A stretch of DNA of 64,000 nt from Octopus sinensis (Eukaryota). The position numbers and the translations under genes are program-made. Each line of letters begins with the position of its first letter. The stretch's first letter is position 1. The notes under the pieces are model-generated. The model was given only the letters and a program-made list of their open reading frames with translations, was not told the DNA's origin and made no database searches. The stretch is from contig NC_043005.1 of assembly GCF_006345805.1 (NCBI RefSeq), positions 23,622,001 through 23,686,000 on the forward strand, in the 5' to 3' direction. Of the stretch, positions 26,806-40,050 are shown piece after piece.

Positions 26806-29069
26806 GTAAGTTCCACTTTCTTTAATTAGTTTACAAACGAGTTTACTTTTCTTTCGTTATCCGCTTCTACTTCCGTTAAGGGGCTGTCACAACTTCAGAT
26901 ATGTTGTACACTCAATACTGGCTAACACACTCTTGCTATTGGCTTCTATTTGTGGCTGATCTTGAGTAACAAGTATGTGTATGTCACAACACTCCACTAA
27001 TCTTCTACGTCGGGGCTGCCTCCAACTCTCCTAATCCATGATTAAGGCTTTTTATGGACAAAATATCGAAATAAATCACGTAAAAGTATAAATTTGTGTT
27101 CTTATCTTATTATTTCAACCGCTTCAGTGAATATAATGTTGCTGCTAGCAAACTCCTCACTGTATCTCAATCACAAAGTCTTTCTAACATGTTAAGGCGC
27201 TTTAGCCCTAATTTTATGTCTCAGAAGAGTGACCAATGATATATTTAGTCTTCTTAAAGCCCGTCCCGTCAGAATACTATCAGCTGAGAAGACACCCACA
27301 CTTGCAACCATATATAATGTAGAGTTACGTAATTTATTCTAAGTAATGTGAAATAGAGTTTGACAGAAAATGGTTCGATTCATCTAGTGTGTTATTTCAT
27401 GCAAAGTTCTTAGTAAGTGGCTAATCTCCTGGAAATCTCTTGTTTGAGCCATGGTTAGTTGGTGCCACTGATGTAAGAATGGCTGATGAACATTTCACAG
27501 TCTTTTAGCATCTTAAGGTAATGAGAGAGAATACGTGAAAGTAATTCTATCTTCGGATAGAGGCGTAACTAGAGTGTGTATTGCCCGAGCAACCCTTGAG
27601 TTTTCTCCACCTCCTCGGCACTGGAGCCTATACAGGCTTATACAGCAGATTCAAAAGTACCGCTCCATAATAAAAACGTCGTCTGGGGCGGATCGACTTC
27701 ATCGCCCCTAGATATGAATTTGAAAGAGTGAGTGTGCTATGTGTATTTTGTTTTAAATGTATTCTTAAGACTTGTATAATCATTTTCCATTTCGTCTTCA
27801 AGTGTTATTTTTGTTCTGTACGTAAATGCTTTTATATAACTTCGAAATTAGGTGGGAAAGACTCACTTTCGCTGGCTGAAGTTACATTTTGGCAACTGAA
27901 TTGGCTACCGACTTTCGTTGTGTACAATTCTTTCTAGCAATAGCAATATTTTCATTAAATGGTAGGATTTGCCGAGAAATGCTTTCATAACTAGTACAAT
28001 AAAGTGATACCTTTATTGGATACTACACTCCTGATGTACTTTTATTCTTTATTATTATTCCGCTTTGCCTTTCTTCCTTTGCAAGTCGAGTTGAGTGGTA
28101 TAGCCTATCATATTTCAGTTGAGTAGTATAGCCCATCATATCGATTCTAATACTTGGCTGGTACATGATTTTATCGACCTCAAAAGAATGAAAGGTAAAG
28201 TTGAACTCAGAACGCAAAGAACCGTCACTAAATATAGTACAAATAAGAAACTAACTTGAAAACCTGAACTTTAGGTCGAATAAACGCAACACTAAACGCA
28301 CTTCGATTCTCTGAGTTGTCGGGAAAAGATTATTTCACTAATTTGTAAATTTTTCTTCCACTTAATTTCTCCCCATATTGGCCAACAATTACGAAAGTAG
28401 TTCATAGAAGAATGACATCAATTAGCAATTACTTGAATCTAATTTTCTCAATCCTTTCCTTACTATTTCTGATGAATAAGCGAATTTAATAGAAGTGTTG
28501 CTTGTCATCCATAACTTTAAGGTCAGAGTGGGAATTCTACTCTTGTTGATCAGTAACTTTGCAGAAACACCTGAATGTAATCGATTAAAGTCGATGTCAC
28601 TGACGTTATTATGCTTACTTGTATTGTATAACGTCGTGTTTTTTGTTATCATCAGCATCATACCAATATAAATATGATTATTACCATTATTATTCACAGC
28701 TTGAGAATTGCAAATAAAATGATAGACACATTCCGTAAGAAGTATTCTGTTTTTAATTTAACAGCTAAGTCGTTTTAATGCTGTAGCCTCATAGTTCGCT
28801 TTTGTACAAAATTACAGTCATTTGGTATTGCTATGTCAAATTATTAGAACATTATTGTTAATTTTGTCATGGAAAATAACATCCAGCATATTTCATGTTA
28901 TTTGATGACTCGCTGTATGTTATAGTTCCCACAGTATTTCTGCGTTGTCATTTTTAAACTGTGTTGGAAATATGTAATGTTAGAGCTAGTGTATCCCAGA
29001 AATAAATCGAAATTTTAAAACAGTACGCCAACCAGCCAACCCAATATACTCTCGCTTGCAGTGCAGTGT

Positions 29070-29320
29070 GTAGACGAATTCGTTCTGCAGCCTAAAAACA
29101 ACCAAATCGCGCCACGTCAGTTAACTATTTATCTACACGTGTTAGAGTGAACATAATTTAGTGCAGTTGGAGATTTACTGCAAATTGATCAATGACAGAA
29201 TTGGAAGAACAACGTTGTTTGTTTCAAATCCTGTTTCAAACTGCAAACCCTGTCACCAATGCAAAACAAAACAAAAACCTTTGGTAACTTTTCAAAGTGT
29301 ATTTGCCCCAAATTCCACAA
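29070..29320 (+). mobile_element. Possible mariner 5' fragment
   Basis: atgacagaattggaagaacaacgt..tgtttcaaactg resembles the mariner N-terminus (M..EQR..IKFCFKL). Confidence 0.35.
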
Positions 29321-30546
29321 TGACGTCACAATTATAAATTTCCATAGTTCAGAAAAAATTTGTAAGCTTTCATGATTTTGGCCTGTAATTTGATGTTATT
29401 CGCATAGAAAAAGCAAATGATTATGGTGCTTGAAACCCTGTAGCTACTCATTCGGGACAGAAGGTAGCCAGACCAAAAGTGATGAAAGTGTTATATGAAT
29501 CTTGTCAATTTGTTGGACACTTTCCTTGTAATTTATTACTAAATTTCTTTGTAATTTTGCTATGCCACGTTTCATGAATCCACAACCACTGGTGATAATT
29601 TATTCATTCCTACTAATTCATGAGTATGAAAGTAGTACACTATCGAGCAATTTTTATAATCAGTCCAGGCGGCATTGAAGTTCTTTTTCTACTTGAAGGC
29701 ATTTAGTATAGCCTTGTTTAACAATATTTGATCTTTGCAGCAAAATGGGCCTCTTTTGAAACTCTTGCCTTCCAGGTAGAAGATTAATTTTGTTGCAATG
29801 TTAATGTAGCTTTTTACCTAAAATCTATGGTCTCTCGTAGAAGATAGAAAGGCAGGTGATTGACCTGTAGGGTCATCTGACTATTATTTTTGTATGAGCA
29901 TTAGTTTTACTTGAGTCAGCCACTTTGGTATTTTCGATGAGTATCTTTATTATTTTATGACAGCGTTTCGGGGATATAAAACATGCGAGTGTCTAAGTCA
30001 GGAAATTATATTTTGTCTACTGCAGGGGATTTCCGAATTTCTAATTTTTTTTCATTTTCATGACTTCCATTAGATTTTTTTTGCACAAGTAGTGTTACAT
30101 GATTTTTTTTTTTTGTTTTCTAGATTAATTTTCATTTGTTTTATGGCGTTTCTCTACTTCTCAGATTTTCAGTCACAATATTTCTATTTTCCTCTAATAA
30201 TGAATTTTCTACTTATCTTGTTTTGTTATTTAATTCCCTGCAGACACTTCCTACATTCGAAACATTTTATTTTGTTTAAATTGATCGGTTCTTTTTTCAA
30301 ATTTCCACACTTTAGTTTTTATACGTTGAATTAATAATTCTCATATGAGTTTTACGATGTTATTTATTTATCTTGAATATTTAAACTTTCTGCGCAAGTT
30401 TGCCTTTCTGAAGTGACATTTTAGTGACCCTATTTCAAAACTCATTTATTCTAGCAATGTCTTTTCTCTCGAGAATTATCTCATGCTGAATCTTTTCTTT
30501 TCAGGTAAGATTTCTTTAAGATTTTAGTAAGATATATCATTTACTT

Positions 30547-30740
30547 GTTTCAGTCATTTGACTGCGGCCATGCTGGAGCACTGCCTTTTGTCGAACAAAT
30601 CGACCCCAGGACTTATTGTTTGTAAGCCTAGTACTTATTCTATCGGTCTCTTTTTGCTGAACCGCTAAGTTACGGGGGCGTAAACACACCAACATCGGTT
30701 GTCAAGCGATGGTGGGACAAGTACAGACGCACACACACAA

Positions 30741-30774
<34 letters not shown>

Positions 30775-31011
30775 CACGTGACCGACCAGTCCATCAGATG
30801 TAGTTACACATCGCTGGTCACAATGCGTTCGCATTGTTTTAGCCTTCGAATGACGCCACCCCGCTGGCTAAGCGAGCAGGCCAACAGAAGAAAGAGTGGG
30901 AGAAAGAGTACAGCAGGGACCACCACTTTTAGGTGATCGCTCAATAAACACTCACAACGCCCGGTCTGGGAATCGAAACCGCGAGCCTACGACCGCTGGG
31001 CCATTGCGCCT

Positions 31012-31060
<49 letters not shown>

Positions 31061-31226
31061 CACGACGGGCTTCTTTCAGCTTCCGTCAACAGAATCTACT
31101 CACAAGGCTTTGATCGGCCAGAGGCTATAGTAGAAGACATTTGCCCTAGGTGCCACGCTGTGGAATGGAACCCGGAACTATGTGGTCGGTAAGCAAGTTC
31201 TTACCACACAGCCACACCAGCGCGCC
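30547..31226 (-). mobile_element. SINE family A with a family C SINE nested in its internal microsatellite (~30775-31012)
   Basis: A-family 3' part 30547-30725, C-family body, then A-family 5' part 31060-31226. Confidence 0.75.
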
Positions 31227-31344
31227 TAGTTTTCCTCTTTATTTCCACATCTGGTTACTGCACGCAATATGGAGTTCGTTGTTTCGTTTTAAGTTTGACA
31301 TCTCTATTTTACGTCTTTCTTTTATCTTTTGTTTTTCTTTTACT

Positions 31345-31745
31345 TGTTTTAGTCATTAGACTGCGGCTATGCTGGAGCACCACACTGAATTTATCCACCC
31401 CAGTACTTATTTTTTTAAAAGCCTGATACCATTCTATCGGTCTTTCTTGTCGCACCGCTAGCTTACGGAAACGTAAACACCCCGCCACTGGTTGTCAATC
31501 GGTAGTGACGGTGGTGGTGGCAACCACAAGTAAAAAGACACACACACATACACACACACGTACACGCCCACACATACCCGACCGGTTTCTTTCAGTTTCC
31601 GTCTACTGAACTTATTCACAAGGCTTTGGTCAGTTTGAGGCTATAGTAGAAGACACTTGCCCAAGGTGCTGCGCAGCAGGACTGAACTACGCACCATGTG
31701 GTTTGGAGGCAAGCTTCTTACCATACAGCCACGCCTGCGCCTACA
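31345..31745 (-). mobile_element. SINE family A
   Basis: Reverse complement of the family A layout, ending cagccacgcctgcgcct. Confidence 0.78.
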
Positions 31746-31900
31746 TATATTTTCTCTATAATTATTTCCAATGCTCAGTTTGCTCGATTTAAGCTCAGGC
31801 TTTTAGTGTTTTACCATATTTGACTGATTTGTAGACTGCCTACATTTTGTAAAAGCTTTATCGCTTGAACTTCTGCTTAACTCTGTCCAGCAAATCTTCT

Positions 31901-32327
31901 GGATCTTTTCGGTTTGAACGGCAGTTTTTCCTATCGTTGTCATATGAAATTGTCACCCATAATTATGACCCTAGTATCGATCTATTGCATTTCAACCTGT
32001 TTTAGGGTTAAGGTTAGTTAGGGTTAGGGGTGGGGGGAAGGGTATCTTTTTTTCTTCAGAAATGTAAATAAACCCAATCTGTTTCTTAAACGAGGGACAT
32101 ATTCATACGGCACAGAATGTTTTCACCTCAAATACACGTCATTGATTGGTTGAAATTGCCAAAATTGAAGAAAATATCTTACAAATATCTTACAAACTAT
32201 AGAATTTTCTCAATAAAACCATGAGAAAAAGATGTTTTATAAACACATTCTACCAGTATACGAAGTTTAAAATTTTTTAGTTACCTAAAAATTATGTTAA
32301 AAACTGCCGTTCAAACCGAAAAGACCC
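31901..32327. mobile_element. MITE copy 1 (427 bp)
   Basis: 29-bp TIRs ggatcttttcggtttgaacggcagttttt / aaaaactgccgttcaaaccgaaaagaccc; internal TTAGGG-like run at ~32001-32030; non-coding. Confidence 0.85.
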
Positions 32328-33743
32328 AATCTTCTTAGTCACTGCTTTCATTTATTTACATTGGGTTTCGGTATGAAATTACCTGTTCACCGTTTACTGT
32401 TATCTTACCCCCCCCCCCCCAATGTTTATTCTTCTGAGCGGTGTATATTTATGTTGTGTCTTATGTTGTTTTGCTTTGGTTTAGTATATCCGTTTCATAT
32501 TTTCCTGGTCTGTAAAAATTATTCGGTTGTTTATTGACATGTCTCTTGTTACGTTTTGATAAGTTTACGCTATCGTAGGTAAATTTTAGGATTGCTTTTC
32601 CGCCTGATTTGAGAAGTCGATTCTGTAATATTAGTTGAAGGATTTAGCGTGGCTATATGGCAGAGCTAATCTGTCAGTATTCAACGCTGGTTCATTTTTG
32701 ATTTTGTGACACATGGTGAAATTATTTTTAGTTAGGTAATTTCATTTGGTTAAGACATTTCTGAATTATTTTCGTGTTTGTTCAGTTTTCGTTTTTAAAG
32801 ATTTTGAGAATTACATTGGATTAATATCTGGTACAATGGTTAAACCTTCACATGTAATCATTACATGCTATTTTATCAATAATTTAGTCGTGAATAAATA
32901 AACAAGTTGAAATAAAATTAGAATTAACATTAACTCTAACACTATACATTTAATTATCAGAATAACGTTATTTATTAATAAGCTAAAGAATTGCGACAAT
33001 TAATAAATTCTTTGAAAATTACTCTCCATGATTTCCTCTCAAAAATGTGGTGAGTTTAAAAGCAATACGGAGGTTATAAGCGATATTTCTGAAAATTAAA
33101 CGTTCTTGACATCACAAATGTTTCCCTTTCCTCTTAGTTTTTGTTGTTAAATTGTTTTCTTCATTTTCATTGAATTTCTCCTTAAGCTTTGAAAGCCACG
33201 AGTATTTACTGAGATCCTTGCATCACTAAATTCCCCTTACATTGCAGAGTGGCATAATCACTAGAAATGGCCTTATGATGGTTTATGTTCTAATTTCAAA
33301 CTCTATCGGTATAGATTTCTTTGGCTTTCTTCAACAAAATGTTTATAATGTTCGTTATTGTTATAAAGAGGTCAGTAGAGTGGCCGAAGCGGTGTAGTTT
33401 GGGATAGAATAACATGCAACATTTAACTACATCTTCCTTTACGTTGTGAGTTTAAATTCTGCTTAAGCTGACTCTCACAAAGATCTTGATAAAATAAGCA
33501 CCAGTAAGGTACTGGATAGATTTAATCGACTACCCTGTTTCTTACAAATGTACGATACTGTGTAGGATATCAATGTAATTCTCATTGCAGTTTATAAATG
33601 TACATAGAAACTCACACGCACACACTAATACACATATAATACACACATACATACACACACATGCGTACACACACATGCGCACGCACGCATAAACGTATGC
33701 ACGTTGCTATATGATCAGAATGTATTTCTTCTTTATATTCTAG

Positions 33744-34053
33744 AAACGGTGAAAAATACGAGTCTCGTCTGGCAACCGGAATTGTACCATTGTACTCAGT
33801 GAAATGTGAAGGCCACGAGCAGACGATCAGTCATTGTCCCCTTGAAAGGCCAATGGATAATGGGTGTCCAGACAATAACTATGCTGTAGGTGTTACTTGT
33901 ACCAATAACAAACAACAACTGTCACCAGTACCAACGTCTACCGATCATGCACATAACGCATGCAAGCCAATGATCGTCTGTTTGTCTGCTCTAATACCGC
34001 CATTGATTTTACCTGTTTGTAACTTTTTGTTTGTTCGCCTGTTTGTCTTTTGA
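33744..34053 (+). CDS. SRCR gene 1, terminal exon 6: C-terminal half of SRCR domain 2 + Ser/Thr/Pro stalk + hydrophobic tail (GPI-signal-like)
   Basis: ttctag acceptor, phase 2; NGEKYESRLATGIVPLYSVKCEGHEQTISHCPLERPMDNGCPDNNYAVGVTCTNNKQQLSPVPTSTDHAHNACKPMIVCLSALIPPLILPVCNFLFVRLFVF*; four SRCR Cys; stop TGA ends 34053 (ORF 33790..34053). Confidence 0.9.
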
Positions 34054-34630
34054 TATTTTTGTCTTATCTATCATGACTGATTGGCATGGAATCATTCTCC
34101 AATATACCTCAACCACCTCACGCCATATATGCACCCTTTCTCTTTACATTACCTTTTCTACCTCTCTCTACCACACCGGTCTCTGCTCCTAAGAGTTTGA
34201 CTTATGCATACCAAATCCATCAAAGACCAACTATTAAACCTATATTTCCACATCTAGGTACCTGTTATGTAACTCTCTCCTATCCAGCCCCTGCAATAAC
34301 CATTTCTAATCCTTCCTTCCTTCCTTCCTTCCTCCCTATGGCATCAACTCCCTGAAATCTCCATTGCACCAGGAGTCGGGTCAAAATTATTACAGCTTAA
34401 CGTCAACCATATTCAACTAACCAGTATAGAAGTGAGCTATATAGCTATTGCACTTGATAGCTTTTAAAGTTCGATGTGATTAAAGTATAATCAATTTCCT
34501 GGGTATCCGCATGCACCTAGAACGCGTTTTCTCAAGCTCGGAGCGATGAACGGTAAAGTCAAAACCGGCAAGCTTTGAACTAAAGCAACAATAAAAGCAA
34601 CGATAACAACATCGTCACCATCATCATCAT

Positions 34631-34682
<52 letters not shown>

Positions 34683-34702
34683 GGCGTCGTCGCCCTTGTC
34701 GT

Positions 34703-35015
34703 CTTTGGGGTTTGAATAATTCACCTCTGGAAACATGGGTGTTTTGTTTATCATCTTTAAACAACCCTTATTCAGGGATCTTTTGAGCGGGATGAGCTAT
34801 TCGACCTGAAGAAATTCTAACTGGGCCCCACCTGGAAGGTCATGCACTATTTACCTTGATATGAAATCACTATGTGGCACACACATGGTTGTGATTCATG
34901 TGCCTGGTGTATCCTTATAAGACGGGTAGTCATGATGGGTATATTGGGCTTCATATATTTGTACGTCAGTGTCACTTTGATAGAATGCACTGCTCTCTCA
35001 CTCACTAATAATAAT
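34703..35015 (+). repeat. Partial copy of the 45733-46576 repeat
   Basis: Colinear similarity with ~45985-46290. Confidence 0.78.
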
Positions 35016-35401
35016 AACAAAAATTAGGATATTAACTGCATAGGTAATATTCCTTCTCTTCATCTTAGTCCTTTTCTTCCAAAACACCACTTGGCTTCCT
35101 CTTCTTTATCTCTCTTCTCCCTCACTTCCCCTAGCCAGTATCATTCCTTCAGTGTTCTGCTTTGTTACATCCAGAAATGGCTCAGACAAAAGTAGCATTA
35201 ATCTTTTAGGTCGTTCAATTTTTCTCAACTGATCAATGGATCATTTGAATAAACCTGTCAGTAACGAACCTATAACGATTACCGGAAACAGTTGTAAGCC
35301 AAATTTTGTCCAATAAAGGAAAAAAATGCGTAATGACCCAGCCATTTAACCACACACTTGCTTTTGGTGGTATTTTTCTTTCTCTGAACTTTTCCGTTTT
35401 C

Positions 35402-35436
35402 ATTTCTGATAAAGAACTATGTTCGAAACATCAAAA
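35402..35436 (+). ncRNA. Degenerate hammerhead motif, family H1
   Basis: UUU CUGAUAA A GAAC-UAU-GUUC GAA ACAU C AAA; G8->A core mutation; stem II GAAC/GUUC is a compensatory change relative to GAGC/GCUC. Confidence 0.45.
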
Positions 35437-35547
35437 ACCCTCTCGTCTTTTGCACGTTTACAGAGCGACGAACTAATACATTCCACGTGCACGTCCTCTT
35501 TTTGTTTTGTTATTGTCATGTTTAATGTTTGATTATTCGATATTGAG

Positions 35548-35608
<61 letters not shown>

Positions 35609-36000
35609 ATATATACAAATAAAGGTTACAAACCTCATTGAGGGATAGCAAAATCCTATGAATGTACTGGTTAGTTACCTATACAATTGTTGAACATTAC
35701 AGTTAATACTCAACTGCAAGGTAACTATATGAAACATGTTTTATTCTGTTCTTTACGTATAAATTTTATCAGTTAGCGGTCTGCAGCCGTTTACTGAACA
35801 TGCAGGAATTGAACACCTATTTTGTATATCTTAAACTACCTCTGACGAAATTCGACTTCCAGATAATTTTAAATTTCTTTAATCAAATTTCTGAAGTTCT
35901 TGAATTGAAACAGCTGTAAGGGATTATTGTAAATTTTTTAAATAAATAATAAATTATTAATTATCTCTCTATTTTCTTATCTTACCTTTTATATATATAT

Positions 36001-36035
36001 ATTCTGCTGAAGAGCGTAGGCTTGAAGCATAAAAT
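36001..36035 (+). ncRNA. Highly degenerate hammerhead motif, family H1
   Basis: CUGCUGA A GAGC-GUAG-GCUU GAAGCAU; followed by the same downstream module (cccgagcgtcaaactaatac...gtcttttgtttt) as the other H1 copies. Confidence 0.3.
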
Positions 36036-36136
36036 ACTTTTTCATTTTTCCCGAGCGTCAAACTAATACATTTGCTTGTTGTTCATACATGTGTTTTTGT
36101 CTTTTGTTTTCTTATAAATTTCAACTATATAAATAC

Positions 36137-36170
<34 letters not shown>

Positions 36171-36281
36171 ATACAACATCGGAAAGTTGAACTGTGAACG
36201 TTTATGCCTCTTTTTTCTTCTCTCTCTTAATCTCCTTATTCCGTTACTCCTTTCCTCGTATATATTAATGGAACGTTGTCA

Positions 36282-36437
36282 TTCCATTAATATATACCTT
36301 TCTCATTTTCCCTAATTGTCTCTGAAAATAGAATATCCAATACTCGGGTATATCTCTGAAACAACTGTAAGACTCTGAATTTTTCAAATAATAATAATGT
36401 ATATGACTTGAGATGTTTGCCTTGCCTTAACAATTAC

Positions 36438-36494
<57 letters not shown>

Positions 36495-36699
36495 ATATAT
36501 AATATATATATATATACACACATATATATATATATATATATATGTAATTGTTAAGGCAAGGCAAACATCTCAAGTCATATACATTATTATTATTTGAAAA
36601 ATTCAGAGTCTTACAGTTGTTTCAGAGATATACCCGAGTATTGGATATTCTATTTTCAGAGACAATTAGGGAAAATGAGAAAGGTATATATTAATGGAA
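36282..36699. repeat. 159-bp inverted repeat flanking a (TA)n tract
   Basis: 36282-36440 reads as the exact reverse complement of 36541-36699 by eye. Confidence 0.9.
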
Positions 36700-36838
36700 G
36701 TAGAAAAATGAAATTTCTTTTTAAGGATAATTCGTTTAACCGATACCTGGGTAGCAAATTCACATCAGAAATAACACGGTTGAAGTTACGTGCCTAGGGC
36801 AGAGACTACGTGTTTTCATGTGGAAATTTGTGTGTGTT

Positions 36839-37133
36839 TTTATAAAATTTTTGAATAAATGAAAGAATGGAGTTGAACGACAAATTAACAAATTTCCTTT
36901 ATTTTCGACATATGTTTCGAAGGCTGCATATTCCTAATTGTGAAGGAATAAGGAGTACATTATGCCGCTTGGCATAAGGAATAATGAGTACATTATTTCT
37001 GATGAGAAAGCGGCATAATGTACTCCTTATTCCTTCACAATTAGGAATATGCAGCCTTCGAAACATATGTCGAAAATAAAGGAAATTTGTTAATTTGTCG
37101 TTCAACTCCATTCTTTCATTTATTCAAAAATTT

Positions 37134-37139
<6 letters not shown>
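36839..37139. repeat. 132-bp inverted repeat with 37-nt spacer
   Basis: 36839-36970 reads as the exact reverse complement of 37008-37139 by eye. Confidence 0.9.
36993..37079 (+). ncRNA. Hammerhead motif, family H4, long stem II
   Basis: CUGAUGA 36999-37005; extended stem II (GAAAGCGGCAUA/UAUGCAGCCUUC, 10 of 12 paired); GAAA 37060-63; palindrome ACAUAUGU; GUC triplet (cut 37071/37072); stem I imperfect. Confidence 0.55.
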
Positions 37140-37223
<84 letters not shown>

Positions 37224-38042
37224 GTCTCCGTGTCCCGCGGACAGACACTATTGTAGGCTTTGCTATTTGTTATGTACAGAAATGCTTGCTTAGACATTTC
37301 TCAAAGCCTCCCTTAACTGGGTTTGCGTGGCACAGAGAAAAAAACCCCATCCATTTTGTCAGACAAAATTAGGTCAGCTTTCCTTTTGCCTGCTCCCGAA
37401 TAAATTTTTTCATACAAAGAGACGAATTCTTTCCAGATATATTTTCACACCTGAATCTGGGACGGTTACCTTTCCATGCTTGGAAATTGGGTGTTTGCAG
37501 CAATTTGCGCAAAACTAGTACCTCCACGTGTGCATTTCTAGCTCAGCTATATTTGTATCTGTTGTTTTGCTTTCGCCGAGCAAGTTTTCCACAAACCACA
37601 ACTGGCAGCATAAACAAAATGAAAACTATTTTTTAAACATTTTTCCTGATTGACAGCAGTGTGTGTGCGTGCGTGCGCGTTGTTACTGCTTTAATTACAT
37701 TGCATAAATTTGCATTTTGAGATATTAAATATTAATTGTCAATGATGTCTGAGAGTAAGTGTTCAATTCATTTGCAATATTTTTTGTTGCAATTTTATTA
37801 ATCATTTTTATAATTCGTTTTCAAAGATTGTTCCTACAGTTTGTTTTGAACGGGCGATAATTATTCTGTTTCTTGTTAACATCTTTCATCGTTCCTCTCG
37901 TTGAGGAATACATGTTGAATATTGTAAATAAAAAAATTTAAAGCAAAATGTCTGTAAAATAAACTTTCTCAATATATGGACTAGACGTCTTGACGTACAA
38001 AAGCTCTTTCCCTCGTAGAATATTCTAGAAGGAAAAAGTAAA

Positions 38043-38475
38043 GGTTCTTTTCGGTTTGAACGGCAGTTTTTAACATAATTTCTAGGTAACTAAAAAATTT
38101 AAAACTTCGTATACTGGTAGAATGTGTTTGTAAAACATCTTTTTCTTTTGGCTTTATTGAGAAAATTCTATAGTTTGTAAGATATTTGGTCTTTAATTTC
38201 TTACATTTCGGCAATTTCAACCAATCAATGACGTGTATTTGAGGTGAAAACATTCTGTGCCGTACGAATATGTCCCTCGTTTAAGAAACAGATTGGGTTT
38301 ATTTACATTTGTGAAGAAAAAAAGATACCCTTCCCCCCACCCCTAACCCTAACCCTAACTAACCCTAACCCTAAAACAGATTGAAATGCAATAGATCGAT
38401 ACTAGAGTCATAATTATGGGTGACAATTTCCTATGACACCGCTAGAAAAAACTGCCGTTCAAACCGAAAAGATCC
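38043..38475. mobile_element. MITE copy 2 (433 bp), opposite orientation
   Basis: Same TIRs; interior is the reverse complement of 31901-32327, with (CCCTAA)n-like run at 38341-38372. Confidence 0.85.
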
Positions 38476-39749
38476 AAAATAAATTCTATCCACACAAAAA
38501 GCAAACAAAAAGCAAAAGAACTTGATAATAATTTCGTTCTATCTGCGTTGTGATAAGAGTCATCCGCATACACAAAAATATGTTTTCTTATGTAGACACA
38601 AAGACAGATAAAATAATAACAACAATGGCTTTTGATTTAGGCACAAGGAATGCACTTTTGAAGGGAGGAGGTAGGTTGATGCCATTGACTCTAGTACAGG
38701 TATTGTTGTTACTACTAATGTTGTTGCTACAATTGTTAGTTACTACTACGTTTGTAGTGTTTGTACAGTAGGAGGGTTGACTGCCAGCAGCAAGTTACAC
38801 TTTCAAAATCACTTCTTTTTTACTGACCAGCAGACAAGATCGAAGACATTTTGAACATTTTTGCTTTGCTTCGGAAAAACTTTATTTCTAAAATTTTGTT
38901 CCGGAGAGCAAGTAAAAATGAAACGTTGGCCAGTTCCGTAAACTTCTGGTCAACTTAATAACAAGACAAAACAATAAAATCAACAGCAGCCCTACGGAAA
39001 TTAAAGAAAAACACAAAGACACGAACTCACGGAACACCCAAAACACGCTCAGCGATGAACAACAATAACAACAACATCAACTTCTAATTTGTCGACAGAC
39101 TTCCAAATATCATAAATATTTTTGCTGGTAAAACGATAAAAAAAAAATCCTTACATTTTTCTTGACGTAATACTGGCAGAAATCACAGTGCTATGAACTC
39201 GTGCGCCCACGTTTAACAGCAGTAGTAACAGTAGTAGCAGCAGCAGCAATAACAAGGACAATACTCTCCTCCTCCTCCTCCTCCTCCTCATCATCATCAT
39301 CATTTTTGTCATCAGCTGCAGCAGCAACAGCAGCGACAACAATAACAATAACAATAATGACATCAACAATCACAACACACACACACACACACACTCACAC
39401 ACACACCCACACACACACTCACATACACACCCACGTAAATGAAAAGTGAATGAACCAAAGCTAGGCGTAGAGAAAAAAAATAATAAAACAAGAAAGCAAG
39501 AAAGACTTCTGTAATAACTTTATTTCTCATTATATAGGAGAATTTCCAGGAAAATTCTAATTAATTATTAATTAAAAATGCATCATTAATTAAAAATCAA
39601 TTGAATATATCAAATGAAGTAAACACAATCATTCAGATTCTGAATATCTTTCACAACGTCTTGAGTATGATGAATATTTAAAATACAATCTTTACTTCGT
39701 ACAGTTATGGCTATAACTTGCTGGGTGCGTTTGAATGAGAGACTCTCTA

Positions 39750-39960
39750 AGGCGGCGAGTTGGCAGAAGTGTTAGCAGTCCGGGCGAAATGCTTAGCGGG
39801 ATTTCGTCTGTCTTTATGTTCTGAGTTCAAACTCTGCCGTGGTCGATTTTGACTTTCATCCTTTCGGGATCGATAAATTAAGTACCGGTTGCCTACTGAG
39901 GTCGATCTAATCGACTGGCTCCCCCCCCTCCAAAATTTCGGGTCTTGTGCCTAGAGTAGG
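39750..39960 (+). mobile_element. SINE family B
   Basis: ggcggcgagttggcagaagtgttagc..gagttcaaactc..cgataaattaagtacc. Confidence 0.78.
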
Positions 39961-40050
39961 AAAGAATGAGAGATTCTCTCTCTACGCGCTTACTCTCGTG
40001 AGCATGGAGAAGATTAATCGATGAAAGCCTGTATACTGTGGATATTCTTT

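Noticed and set aside
32001-32030. Interstitial telomere / chromosome fusion scar
   Set aside because: The TTAGGG-like run is an internal part of a MITE present twice in the window.
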